64,000 bases of DNA from Macrostomum lignano (lineage: Eukaryota), in contig NIVC01000897.1 in NCBI GenBank assembly GCA_002269645.1, positions 124,001 through 188,000 on the forward strand. Direction: 5' to 3'. Shown here piece after piece: positions 46,414 through 58,295 of the stretch; within the stretch, counting starts at the first letter, position 1, and each line of letters opens with the position of its first letter. The notes beneath the pieces are model-generated. The model saw only the letters and a list, made by a program, of their open reading frames with translations, was not told the origin of the DNA and did not search any database. The position numbers and the translations under genes were made by a program.

Positions 46414-48569
46414 CTTAATAAACGAAAAGTAACCTCTAGAGGGTTAATTTACCACGTAAAAATTTTAACTTTCCAAAAAGTAAAATTAACATTAATTAAC
46501 CACTTGACATTTGCCCTCGTCCTCACGACGTTGCGTAAAGTAATGTTTATTTATCTACGAGTGTAAAGTAAATTTACGTTGAATCACTTACTGCGCGGCA
46601 TTAAATTTACCAAAATATACGCAAATTTGCTGACCCTGGTGGGTTAATTTACCTGGGAACATGCAGGTGAACTTTCATCAATTTACTTGACACATGAGCG
46701 CAAAGTTTACTGCTCGCTGGAAGATATGCGTAAATCGATCTGGATCTCTTCTCATGTGTATACTGTGGTAGGCCGGTCTACCACTGGGGTGAACGACGGC
46801 AGGCTTCCAGTGCGGACAACGGCGGGACGACCAGCTCAACTCCATCGGGTGACGGATTGACGTCATATTTTTCAATTTTTGCTCCCCTGATTGTTCCCCC
46901 GGTTGTCCCCGCTTTTGCTCCCTCGTCTGTTCCTTTTGCTGTTCCCTCCCTTGGCCCCTGTTGTTTTAGTGTTTCCAGTGGCCGGGTTTTCTCGTTTCCC
47001 ATCGTTGTCCCTTCCCTTGTCCCATCCTCTGTCCCACCCCTTGGGTCCTCCACGCCAATTTTTTTATATATTTACGTTGTCATTGGAGTCATTTTCTCCA
47101 TTCCTTCCTTCCTCCTCCTCCTCCTAGCTCGCTCGCTCCTCCCTTTTCATTGTCCGTGTTTAGGTTCGTGTTTTAGTTTGTTTGTTTCTCCGTGGTTTGC
47201 TGTTTGCGTTCATTTTGTTTAGTTCCTAGTTTTACTTTAGTTCTCTCAGCTCGCACTCGGCACGACCGAATCTATCTCGCGTAGTTCTAATATTTAACGA
47301 CAGTAATAATAACGAATAATAATAAGTTCTCCAATAACAATAATATTTATTCAGTTGTTCCGAAATGAAGCCTTTTAGTCTCAATCGAGTCATTTGCCCG
47401 CGGGGCGTAAAATAACCGATCAGTCTCAACTCAAAGAAAGCTCTGAGACCCTTAACGTTCCGTAATACGAATTTACGGTGGTGGCAGCGCTACTTTACTA
47501 CTGATAGCAACCAACCGAGCATATCAACAGATCACGAATTTTTACGGTGTCTGAGGACCCAATTTGAACGACCGTGCCGCTAAAGACCGCTCGACTGCGA
47601 TTACAACTACCCTCCCCCCGGAATTGAGGACCCCGGCTGTCGGAGTAAAAGGAGAAGAATTTCGTTGTGATTCGTCTGCGCGATTTTACGGCTTTATTCG
47701 TGCGAACGCAACGCTAACCAGTTTCGAGGAAACCCCAATCCCCAAGTTTTCAACAAGTTTTATTTTCTTCTCCACCCCCACCTCATATACCATAGTGTGA
47801 ATGCATGCTATACTTTCATAAAAATAAACGGCGTTTAATTGCCCGTAAGTGTGCCCCTTCACGGGGTGACGTTTACGGTTGTTAATGACCGGTCGGGCAC
47901 CGCTCCTATGTATATCCTATATATCCTATATATATGTACAATTAGCCTTTGACGCCTTTCGTCTAAAGACGAAAAGTAAATAATTAAGTAGAAGAAAATA
48001 AAGATAAACAAAAGTAATGTCGTGATGTGCTATAAAATCGGTGCAGCTTTATTTGTCAATGGAAGTTGGTGTCTTTAATATTTTTGTATGGTTTACAAGT
48101 ATTTATAAACTTTTTCTATTCCAATAATTTTTTTTTCGATTTTTTTCACGTGTTGGCCGCACATGCACATGCAATGTATTGCCATACTTGTTTTTTGTTA
48201 TTTGCCTGTGCTGGGCCTAAGAACTTTGAAAGTCTGCGACTAATTTGCAATCTCTGCGGCTAATATTTGATTACGCTGACTGCATAAAGTGTGTCTAACT
48301 TTTGGGGAGACAGTTTACTGGTATTTTTGTAAAATAATATGTGAAATGCTTGGTAGTACTCGTATATGTATATGATTTAACTATAAAATACATATATATG
48401 TAACTCCATTTGACATATAATACTAAGCAACTATGCCAAAGTGACCCTAAGCCTTCCTGCTGTTCGCCGTGGCAGGGGGTAGCCTTTTGGCTGACTGCAT
48501 GGTGGTGTATCCAGTCCCCGAGCGGTCTTTTTTCTTTTTTCTAAGTTGCGTTTTCCCCGTTTCAGCTAT

Positions 48570-49960
48570 TCTTCTATGGATTCTGAACTTAATTTTGAAC
48601 TAAACATTTGTATACTAAAATTCTGAACTCACGCGGCAACTCACGCGGCCGGGGTCCGATAATCCCTCAACCCTCCAACTCGGAGGCAACTATCCCCGCG
48701 GATGCTACCCCAAGCGGGGGAAACTCTACTCCCACTGGCGGAGATTTTGGTGATACCATCACGCAACATGATTGCGAGGCTAACGCGTCCCCAGCCCCCA
48801 TGAGGACCCGAAGAGCTCCAAGGGTAGAGGGACAGCCGGCTCCTACGCCAAGACGGCATCTGAGCCCCACCAAGAAATATGTGTCCTTGCGGCTACTGGG
48901 TCACTGAACGATGCTCAGTTGGAAGGCGCCGTCGCTCTCGGCGGAGTTAAAGTTGAATCCATTAGGTTCAATCCCTTAGGTTTAACCTAAGGGCTACCGG
49001 ACGAGCGACAATCCACCTCCTGGACTCTCCAGAGGGGGACCGCGCTGCGGACACCGGCACCACCGGAACTCCCTGCGCGACACCGCAGCACTAGCTACCC
49101 GTGGTGGCTAGGGGTTAGCGAAATGGGCGGCAACGCCTCCTCGCTGTTTCCGGACGCACGGAGCCCCCTGCAGCTAAGTCTAAGTAATCCATTAGGTTCG
49201 CTAATGGCAATCTCATCCTCGCTTTCAAGAGCGAGGACCAACTGAACACCGCATGTACTAGCAAGACGAAGCTCCCGGAGCTGGTCATTAAGAAAGCTTG
49301 CCCGCCGCCTCCATGTAAGAGGTACAGGGCTTTCTACTCGGGTACCAGAGCAATCGAGAAAATCTGTGGTCGTCTGGTCGCTAAGCATCCCGAGTTGCCC
49401 GCAGACGGCCTTCGGGCCTTCAAGTGCCGGCCAAAGATGGCAACGGGAAAACGCTCTACATGGGCCTCTCCGCCGACTGGGAGCACCACATGCAGAGGAC
49501 CGGCCACGCTGCCTACGGTGGGTCCAATGATGATATTACCTCCTAATCTACACATTGTGCAGATCAACCTGCACCACGCGGTCGCAGCCTCCAGTGGCCT
49601 CACCGACACCCTTAAGCGCCCTCACCGAATGCTTAAGCGCAACCTTGGGATTCACTCGGCCGTTTCTATTGGCAACACACACACATGTAAGTCGCTATTG
49701 GACGGAATAGTAGTCACGTGACTGCTCTCAGCCAATAGCGACTTACATGTGTGTGTTGCCAATAGAAACGGCCGGGTGATTCCCAAAGTTGCGCATGTAT
49801 GCCTTGAAGGCACCAGTATGGACATTTACCTCATTCAGGAGCCCTACGCCGTGCAAGGTAAGCCTACTTTGTTGCCGAATGGTTACCAGATCTTTTTCCT
49901 ATCTGAAGGTGAAGCCCTTAGGGCCACTGAACAAGTGGGGCAACCATATGACAAATTTTC
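48570..49960 (+). mobile_element. Decayed 5' part of a non-LTR retrotransposon (ORF1 remnant plus APE endonuclease start)
   Basis: [16 protein letters not shown]...(insertion)...MDIYLIQEPY are the first two APE motifs. Upstream ORF1-like [18 protein letters not shown] with frameshifts; no RT present. Confidence 0.75.
49637..49794. mobile_element. 158-bp palindromic MITE inserted in the LINE endonuclease region
   Basis: Arms 49637-49701 and 49732-49794 are near-perfect inverted copies; central palindrome AGTCACGTGACT. Confidence 0.85.
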
Positions 49961-50379
49961 GTTATAGTTGTTGTCTCATCATTTGTTCATAATTCTGCTA
50001 CTGCTTTAAATGCCCATCACTTTGAGGAGGTGCTGTGAAGTGATTGAAGTCATGTAGATGCATGCTACTTAGTGATAAGCTACTTAGAAACAGCAATACA
50101 CTGGACTAATTTTTGGTTAGCCTTATTTGTTTACTACATTCTTTTCAGTGACTTTCATTGAATGTATTTTAGTAACTGTTGATGGCTGCTACTGCGTTAG
50201 TCTTCGTAGCCTATGGTTGCATAGATTAGATCACATAATTTAGCCTGACTAATGTAGGCGTTTTGGATGTACGTAAAGCGGTTAACTACAATCTTTCTAC
50301 TGCTGCATTACAGCTAATGCCGAGCAATGATGTACGTTATTATTCGATAATTGTGGCGAGCAATCGCCTGGAGAGTGTC

Positions 50380-51914
50380 ACACTGTCCCGCATAGTGCAC
50401 CCTGCTCCAGCGCCAACTGAAGTGGGCAACAAGGTCCAGGTGGTGCCGGGCCAAGATCGTCACCCCAAAAGTGACTCGCTTCGAGGCCACCATCATCTGG
50501 AAGGCTTTCGCGACAAGTCGGCCACTAACAGCGTCCTACGGTCACTTCAGTTCGCCCCCTCCAGCGACGTTGAGCTCCCGACAAGTCGCCAGGGTACCGG
50601 CCTGACCACCTGTGCTGTTCGCGCCAGCATGACCGACGATGCGTCGATTGTTGAACTCAACAGGCAACTTCGAACTAGGATGAGTCCATCGCCGAGCTCA
50701 ACGACGACCTTCGCGCCAGAGTTCAGCCTGGCTGCGGTTAAAGCGGCGATCGACCGCTCCACTAAGTCCCGTTTCAATGCAGACTACAGCGCGGAACCGC
50801 ACTGCATCACGCACCGCCTGACCACAGGAAACGGCGCCAGACCCAAAAGATTGCTCTCCAGAAAAGACGAGGTCTCTCTCGCTCAACTCCGTACCGGCCA
50901 CTCTCCCCTGCTCCAGCAGTACTGCCACCGCATCGGCCTAGCCGACAGCCCAACGTGCCCGCATTGCGGCGAAGCCGATGGGGACCTGGAGCATCTGATC
51001 AAGGTATGCCGTTCTCACCAACAAGCCAGAAACCGGCACCTCGGCCAAAACCAGAGCTTCCAAGCGCTCAGCGACAGTTGCAGACAGGTGGTGGACTTCT
51101 TGAAGGAGGTCGGGGCACAGACCCGCCCCCGGACTGACTGGCCGGAAACAACAACAACCTTCGCGCCAGCGACGCGTCCATCGCGGAGCTTAACGGCAAA
51201 ATTCGAGTCAAGGATGCGCGGATTAGTGATCTACTTTGCCGCTTGGACACCAGCGAGCAGCAGCTGGAAGATGTCGAGCAGCAAATTCGCCAAATGGCAG
51301 CTGCCAGGGAGCGTGCTGAACAAGCCGAGCAGGAGGCATTAGCCGAAGGGCCCATCATGGAGTAGATCAAGCAGCTGGTAGAAAGAATTATTGATGGCAA
51401 TGCCTGTGGCCAGGTGGCTGGTCAACCGCAGCCTGCTGCCCACTCAGTCGCAGAACAGCCGACTTGGGCGCTGATCGTCAAGGAGTCACCTCTCTGGGCA
51501 GGGATGCCAAAGGTGACACTCACCCCAACCCCGTGGGCCGATGTGCACAGAGCTGCGCATCGATTCTGTGCGACACGCCACAACTCGCACATGACGGCTC
51601 TAGTGCGAGTTCTAGTACGCAGCATTTTTGAGCCGACCGAAATTGCTGCTTGCATGGTGTCTGGCAGGAAACGCCATGGAGTTCAGCCGGACATGCACAA
51701 GATGGCGGCCATCCGCGTCTTTGTTGGCCAGTTCGCCGGGGACATACCACAGGGGACATTCTCGGACGTTTTTAAATATCTCACTAACAGGCACAAAGTG
51801 GCAACCCGCTTGTACCGCACAGATGGGCGCACGTGGTGCCACTGTGCCACTAGCCGCCGACACTGTGACAAGATGCACTGTGGCAGCCGGCCAGGAAATG
51901 GAGCCATTTCTTGA
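50380..51914 (+). pseudogene. Coiled-coil plus BEN-domain pseudogene (antisense in DMXL intron 1), split by a LINE insertion
   Basis: Heptad-like repeats DASIVELNRQLRTR / ESIAELNDDLRA / SDASIAELNGKIR join across the insertion. In-frame TAG at 51363. ALVRVLVRSIFEPTEIAACMVSG...DMHKMAAIRVFV resembles a BEN domain. Confidence 0.6.
50720..51156 (+). mobile_element. 5'-truncated LINE 3' end (I/R1-group-like) with 13-bp TSD
   Basis: LAQLRTGH...YCHRIGLADSPTCPHCGEADGDLEHLIKVC (C-terminal CCHC) and (ACA)n tail. ACCTTCGCGCCAG at 50707-50719 and 51157-51169. Confidence 0.88.
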
Positions 51915-52888
51915 CGAGAGAGCTTTCTCTTCATGAGTTTTTGCTCTCTCGGACTCGCTTGTTAGGACTTTATAGCGCAGTTTTTTGTTGCAATCCGTTT
52001 GTTTTGTATGGTTCTTTTTTTAACGTTTTTTCTTAGTTTTTTTATTGCATTTCTAGTTATTACACCAGAATGCAGAACGTGTACCTGTTTTCTACACGTT
52101 CATTACCATCAAACTTTACCAAAACTTTAAACTTTTTAATCTATTTTTTCGTCCTGAGAAAGGGCACATGGACTGCACATGGACACATGGACTGCATGTG
52201 CAGCTGTTCAGTATTGGGAAATCTATTAGGATGCATTAAGCGATAGTATTGTAGTATTGAATTTAAATTTCGCAAAATCCACTCTGAGGAGGCGCGTACA
52301 TGACGTAGTTTGTGATCTACATGTACAAATCGCACACAGTGAATCAAACAACGGAGTAAATTTACTCTTGGTTACTAAACGTATCTCGTAAATGGGATGA
52401 CGAAATTTGCTGTTGCTTATAAGTTATTTAACCTTTAAAGTTATTAGTTAATTAACCCTCAATATTAACCCCATTTTTCAACGGGAAGGCAAGACACAGC
52501 CAAGACACAGCAGGCAGCATATGGAGGATTCTCCCATTGGATGGTTTTATTCTCAGTTAGACTGTCCACAGCAATATCCATGTCTTTATGTAACGCAAAG
52601 ATAACATATGAGATCTCGATTTTTGGTTAAATTCATTGGTATGAAGCGACAGTTACATGAACACTGTTTGGTCAAGGCTCAAGTCTCTTCAGGTGGCGAA
52701 ATTATCGTATTAATCAAGTAAATTGTTTACAGAGTTTGTTTATTAGGCTGATAAAAAATGGAAATTTGAGCTCTGAGTTTGTGTAATATTGACCCATTCG
52801 TGTATAAATTTGTGCTGAAATCCCATGAACAGATGCAGAGATTTGAACGGTGTCTTCTAAAAACTAAAAGCAGTCACCATTTACTCAC

Positions 52889-53801
52889 CAAACGATGAAC
52901 CGGCGGTCCCGAGGTCGCCATCCTCGCCAACAGTACCGGAGGTTGCCGCTGCCGCAGCCGTAGCCGAAGCCGACGCATCGATAAGTCCATCATCCGGCAG
53001 CACGGTCTCGGACCAGATTCGGCAGACATTATCTTCGCACGAGGTAATTAATAAATTAGCAACGCAACCGCGCGGTATCTGCTGACTAGTCTGACGCCAG
53101 GAGAAGCCGGTCACGGGTGCCGGATGGGACAGGTAGGCAAAGTTAAATGACGGCGGCCGATCTTCGCCAACAGCAGCCGAGTCCAGCTCGGCAAAGCCAG
53201 GCGGATTGTCCCGATACCAGATCTTTAGAAACGGGTCATTCCGACCGTAGGAAGCGAAGAACAGGCCGTCTGGAGAGAAGCGTACGTGATCTACCGGTTT
53301 AGACAGCTTCTGGCCCCAGGCGCAGCGCCATTTGACTGGCCCGGTAGGTTCCGGCTCGTCCGGATAATCGTCCACAATGATGGTGAACGCGGCCGCCGAT
53401 ACCCAGATCTGGATTGACTCGCCAGCCGTGATTAGATAATCACCATTGGGACTCCAGGCCAGATCCGTGACCGGACTATCGGCGCAGATTTCGCCAAATC
53501 GTTTCCATTTGAATGGAAAATAGGCGTCCTCGTGAGCGACTGGAACGGGCTCGAATATGACAATGTGATCGCCATAGGAGGCGGCAATTTTGCCAGTCTC
53601 CTGGCTGCAGTCTAAGCCACTAATTTGCACCTGGCCGTGTGTGACGCCAGGCAGAATTTGAACCCGTTTAAAGCCGCCATCTAGGATTACTAAATCGCAG
53701 CCGCTGGCGTAAGCTATGAAAGTGGCGCCTTCGACTACGCCGCGCGAGAACGCCCTAGCAGTGGCGTTGCAAGAGCCGGTTAGAATCTGATGTAGTCGCA
53801 T
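52889..53801 (-). CDS. DMXL: DMXL exon 1 (N-terminal WD40); full CDS is 13 exons, 9507 nt, 3168 aa
   Basis: MRLHQILTGSCNA...FIAYASGCDLVILDGGFKRVQILPG...FFASYGRNDPFLKIWY...YLSHPAPVTGFSWR...NLLITSCEDNVCRIWSET. Donor G|gtgagt; all exon phases are consistent. Confidence 0.96.
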
Positions 53802-54099
53802 ATTTTCGTTAACGTCTACTTATAGTAGAATTCAATAAAATAAAACTGGGTGCAGGCAGGATAAGGCAAAGGGAGAGATCGAAAATGGCGAAGCAAAACC
53901 CGCTGATAGCAGGCGCCGTGTCCGTGGCAGCAGCTCTCTGTCACAGAGCCTACGCAGCATGCATTCATTTCACAACTAACAGTTTTAGAACTATAGATAG
54001 ATAGAAACAAACATTTATGGACTAAATCAAGTATTCTGAGTCATCCATCATCAGTCGGAGTAAAAAATTAAACGTTTAGCGCTTACGGTTGGCCCTACG

Positions 54100-54965
54100 A
54101 AGGATTAGGGATTTAGGGCGGCCTTATGAAGTCTTAGGGATCTGGGGTGACCTTATGAAGTCTTAGGGATTTGGGGTGGCCTTATGAAGTCTTAGGGATT
54201 TGGGGTGGCCTTATGAAGTCTTAGGGATTTGGGGTGGCCTTATGAAGTCTTAGGGATTTGGGGTGCCCTTTTGAAGGACTAGGGATTTGGGGTGGCCTTA
54301 TGAAGTCTTAGGGATTTGGGGTGGCCTTATGAAGTAGGGATTTGGGGTGGCCTTATGAAGTCTTAGGGATTTGGGGTGCCTTTGAAGGACTAGGGATTTG
54401 GGGTGGCATTATGAAGGACTAGGGATTTGGGGTGGCCTTATGAAGGACTAGGGATTTGGGGTGGCCTTATGAAGGATTAGGGATTTGGGGTGGCCTTATG
54501 AAGGATTAGGGATTTGGGGTGGCCTTATGAAGGACTAGGGATTTGGGGTGGCCTTATGAAGGATTAGGGATTTGGGGTGGCCTTATGAAGGATTAGGGAT
54601 TTGGGGTGGCCTTATGAAGTCTTAGGGATTTGGGGTGGCCTTATGAAGTCTTAGGGATTTGGGGTGGCCTTATGAAGTCTTAGGGATTTGGGGTGGCCTT
54701 ATGAAGGACTAGGGATTTGGGGTGGCCTTATGAAGGATTAGGGATTTGGGGTGGCCTTATGAAGGACTAGGGATTTGGGGTGGCCTTATGAAGTCTTAGG
54801 GATTTGGGGTGCCTTTGAAGGACTAGGGATTTGGGGTGGCCTTATGAAGGATTAGGGATTTGGGGTGGCCTTATGAAGGACTAGGGATTTGGGGTGGCCT
54901 TATGAAGTCTTAGGGATTTGGGGTGGCCTTATGAAGTCTAGGGATTTGGGGTGCCCTGTGAAGGA
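54100..54965. repeat. 29-bp minisatellite (GGCCTTATGAAGTCTTAGGGATTTGGGGT), ~30 copies, between the CWC21-like and DMXL genes
   Basis: Tandem units directly visible. Confidence 0.95.
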
Positions 54966-55429
54966 TTCGGGATGGATCATTCGAAGGATCATAAGAGACG
55001 TGAATCATAAAGACAATCTTAACAGCTTAATAAGGCAAATAACTTGACAGACAAAGAAAGATGTACATTAATAGCTGAATAAATGTACAAACGAGGAAAC
55101 GTATTTTATTGATCAATTTATTTCATTACAGATCGGGTCGCACAGCATTAGTATGCGCGCTAGACAAGCGAAAATGTAAAGCAAACAGCGGATACAATGC
55201 AAAAGAACGAACAAGAGAACCCACAGTGCATTTTTATTTTGCGATAAGTAATCACGAAATAATGACGATGAAGCCAAGATGATTATTAAACTGTCGGCGT
55301 CAACTAAAAACAAAGGATTCTGCGACCAGCTTTTGATCCCGACGTAGAAACTGTTCTATAAATAAGTCAGACGCGCTTTGTTAAACTTAGAATGTAAACA
55401 AGTAAATATTTGAAATAAATCAAGGCGAT

Positions 55430-55750
55430 TCTTAAAAATAGTGTAAGGACGATTCTTCTTAGAAATAGTGTAAGGACGATTCTTAGAAATTATTAGGGCG
55501 ATTCTCAGAAATTATAGTAGAGTAGGACGATTCTTAGAAATATAGGGAGATTCTTGGAAATAATATTAGGGCGATTCTTAGAAATAGTATTAGGGCGATT
55601 TTTAAATTATATTAGGGCGATTCTTAGAAATTTTTATATGGCGATTCTTAGAAACAGTAGTAGGGCGATTGTAAGAAATAATTATATGGAAATTCTTAGA
55701 AATTCTTAGTTATAAGGGCGATTCTTCGAAATAACCAGAAGGGCGATTCT
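55430..55750. repeat. Degenerate ~25-bp repeat (GATTCTTAGAAATA...TAGGGC), ~11 copies
   Basis: Recurrent GATTCTTAGAAA motif. Confidence 0.8.
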
Positions 55751-55937
55751 GAGGTACAGTTTAGTCTGTTATAATTTACCTAATTGACAATAAATTATGT
55801 CCAATCGGTTTCCAGCTGGGCAATTCCGTATTGATTTTCATTCAATATAATTTGCTACTGTGTATTATGTTAAAAAAAACATCAAAGGAAACAAACAGCA
55901 AACGCAAAAGCATTAGAACAAAAAGTACGGTAAGCAA

Positions 55938-56493
55938 TCACTTTCGCCTGCTTTCAGACCGACTTACTGGGCTGCGGCTGCGGTCCCGATCGCGCCTGCT
56001 TGGCCGGTCTTTCTTCTCCTTTTCCTTTTCCTTTTCCTTCTCCTTGTCTTTCTTGCTGCGTTTGGCTTTCTTTTTCTTCTTTTTATCCTTTTTCTCTTTG
56101 TCTTTCCGCTCCTTTTTAGCCGCTTTTTTAGCCGCCTTTTTAGCCTTCTTCGACTCTGAATCCGAATCGGAGTCGGAATCCTCGGACTCCGAGTGCAGGT
56201 AGGGCAGCGCCGAGGCGCCGGCTGCTCCAGAGCCGCTGGCGGCGGCGTCGCGGCCGCGGTCGATTTTTAACGCGCTTCGCATCAGCTCCGCCTGCTGCTG
56301 TCTGGCCGCTTGGATTTCGTGCGTACCCTTAGCAACCAGCCGGCCAGTCTCGGCGTCCTTAGCAACTGAAGGAAATATTTGCTTACCAGTGCTGGCGGCC
56401 GCTTCCTGTTGCTGCTTCTGGTTTTGCTCGTCTTCGACGGCGAGAAATTTTCGGAAATTCGACACCTTCTGGCGAATTTCCTCGGCGCTGAAG
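55938..56493 (-). CDS. CWC21: CWC21/SRRM2-like splicing factor, exon 2 (cwf21 C-terminal part, acidic/Lys-rich region, short RS tail)
   Basis: (G)FSAEEIRQKVSNFRKFL...KDAETGRLVAKGTHEIQAARQQQAELMRSALKI...KEKK...RSRSP. Acceptor ccacag|C is phase 2. The exon may instead end at a perfect donor CCA|gtaagt at 55967. Confidence 0.8.
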
Positions 56494-56574
56494 CTGTGGA
56501 AGATTTGTTTGAATAGTTGCATGGAGTTTTCTGGATATAGGAACAAACAAGTGCTGTCTAAAGTGCTTTAATAG

Positions 56575-58030
56575 TGCAGCAGCTCACTGAAGGATCACAG
56601 GGGGTTGGGGGGTGCAGCAGCTCACTGAAGTATCACAGGGGGTTGGGGGTGCAGCAGCTCACTGAAGAATCACAGGGGGTTGGGGGTGCAGCAGCTCACT
56701 GAAGAATCACAGGGGGTTGGGGGTGCAGCAGCTCAGTGAAGGATCACAGGGGGTTGGGGGTGCAGCAGCTCAGTGAAGAATCACAGGGGGTTGGGGGTGC
56801 AGCAGCTCAGTGAAGGATCACAGGAGGTTGGGGGATGCAGCAGCTCACTGAAAGATCACAGGGGGTTGGGGGTGCAGCAGCTCACTGAAGAATCACAGGG
56901 GGTTGGGGATGCAGCAGCTCACTGAAGAATCACAGGGGGTTGGGGGGTGCAGCAGCTCACTGACGAATCACAGGGGGTTGGGGGTGCAGCAGCTCACTGA
57001 CGAATCACAGGGGGTTGGGGGTGCAGCAGCTCACTGAAGAATCACAGGGGGTTGGGGGTGCAGCAGCTCACTGAAGAATCACAGGGGGTTGGGGATGCAG
57101 CAGCTCACTGAAGAATCACAGGGGGTTGGGGATGCAGCAGCTCACTGACGAATCACAGGGGGTTGGGGGTGCAGCAGCTCAGTGAAGGATCACAGGAGGT
57201 TGGGGGATGCAGCAGCTCACTGAAAGATCACAGGGGGTTGGGGGGCAGCAGCTCACTGAAGAATCACAGGGGGTTGGGGATGCAGCAGCTCACTGAAGAA
57301 TCACAGGGGGTTGGGGGTGCAGCAGCTCACTGACGAATCACAGGGGTTGGGGGTGCAGCAGCTCACTGACGAATCACAGGGGGTTGGGGGTGCAGCAGCT
57401 CACTGAAGAATCACAGGGGGTTGGGGGTGCAGCAGCTCACTGAAGAATCACAGGGGGTTGGGGATGCAGCAGCTCACTGAAGAATCACAGGGGGTTGGGG
57501 GTGCAGCAGCTCACTGACGAATCACAGGGGGTTGGGGGTGCAGCAGCTCAGTGAAGAATCACAGGGGGTTGGGGGTGCAGCAGCTCACTGAAGAATCACA
57601 GGGGGTTGGGGGTGCAGCAGCTCACTGAAGAATCACAGGGGGTTGGGGATGCAGCAGCTCACTGAAGAATCACAGGGGGTTGGGGGTGCAGCAGCTCACT
57701 GACGAATCACAGGGGGTTGGGGGTGCAGCAGCTCACTGACGAATCACAGGGGGTTGGGGGTGCAGCAGCTCACTGAAGAATCACAGGGGGTTGGGGGGTG
57801 CAGCAGCTCACTGAAGTATCACAGGGGGTTGGGGGTGCAGCAGCTCACTGAAGAATCACAGGGGGTTGGGGGTGCAGCAGCTCACTGAAGAATCACAGGG
57901 GGTTGGGGGTGCAGCAGCTCACTGAAGAATCACAGGGGGTTGGGGGGTGCAGCAGCTCAGTGAAGGATCACAGGGGGTTGGGGGTGCAGCAGCTCACTGA
58001 CGAATCACAGGGGGTTGGGGGTGCAGCAGC
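56575..58030. repeat. 37-bp G-rich minisatellite (GCAGCAGCTCACTGAAGAATCACAGGGGGTTGGGGGT), ~39 copies, CWC21-like intron 1
   Basis: Period 37 (56651 to 56688). Confidence 0.96.
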
Positions 58031-58093
58031 TCAAAGCACAGAAAACAAATTCCAGATACTGAAAATCACAATGCGTGCCACAGATGGACTCAC

Positions 58094-58295
58094 CCTTGCT
58101 CCTCAGATCACACTCAGCACATCAGTTCAGCTTCTCAGTGAGAATCACCTTATGCAGCAGCTCACTGAAGAATCACAGGGGGTTTGCAGCAGCTCACTGA
58201 ATCACAGCTTGGGGTGCAGCACAAAGGCACAGTTGGCTGCACGTAGCACATTGGTGCCGCTGCACGCGGGTAGTCAGACCAATCACATTGGGGGT
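58094..58295 (-). CDS. CWC21: CWC21/SRRM2-like exon 1, present only in indel-riddled form
   Basis: 58230-58290 is near [24 protein letters not shown] after single-base corrections. ...EEQG ends at donor GG|gtgagt (58093), matching the phase-2 acceptor at 56494. Confidence 0.6.

Noticed and set aside
47230-47520. Possible LTR end with PBS-like GGTGGTGGCAGCG at ~47477
   Set aside because: No second LTR, no TG...CA boundaries, and no gag/pol following.
50263-51342. 359-aa ORF as a single retroelement protein
   Set aside because: It is a chance in-frame fusion of host pseudogene sequence and a TSD-bounded LINE 3' fragment.
56575-58030. CTGAAGA/CTGACGA (hammerhead CUGANGA box) in every 37-bp unit
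   Set aside because: No GAAA box or pairing stems, so a hammerhead core cannot form.
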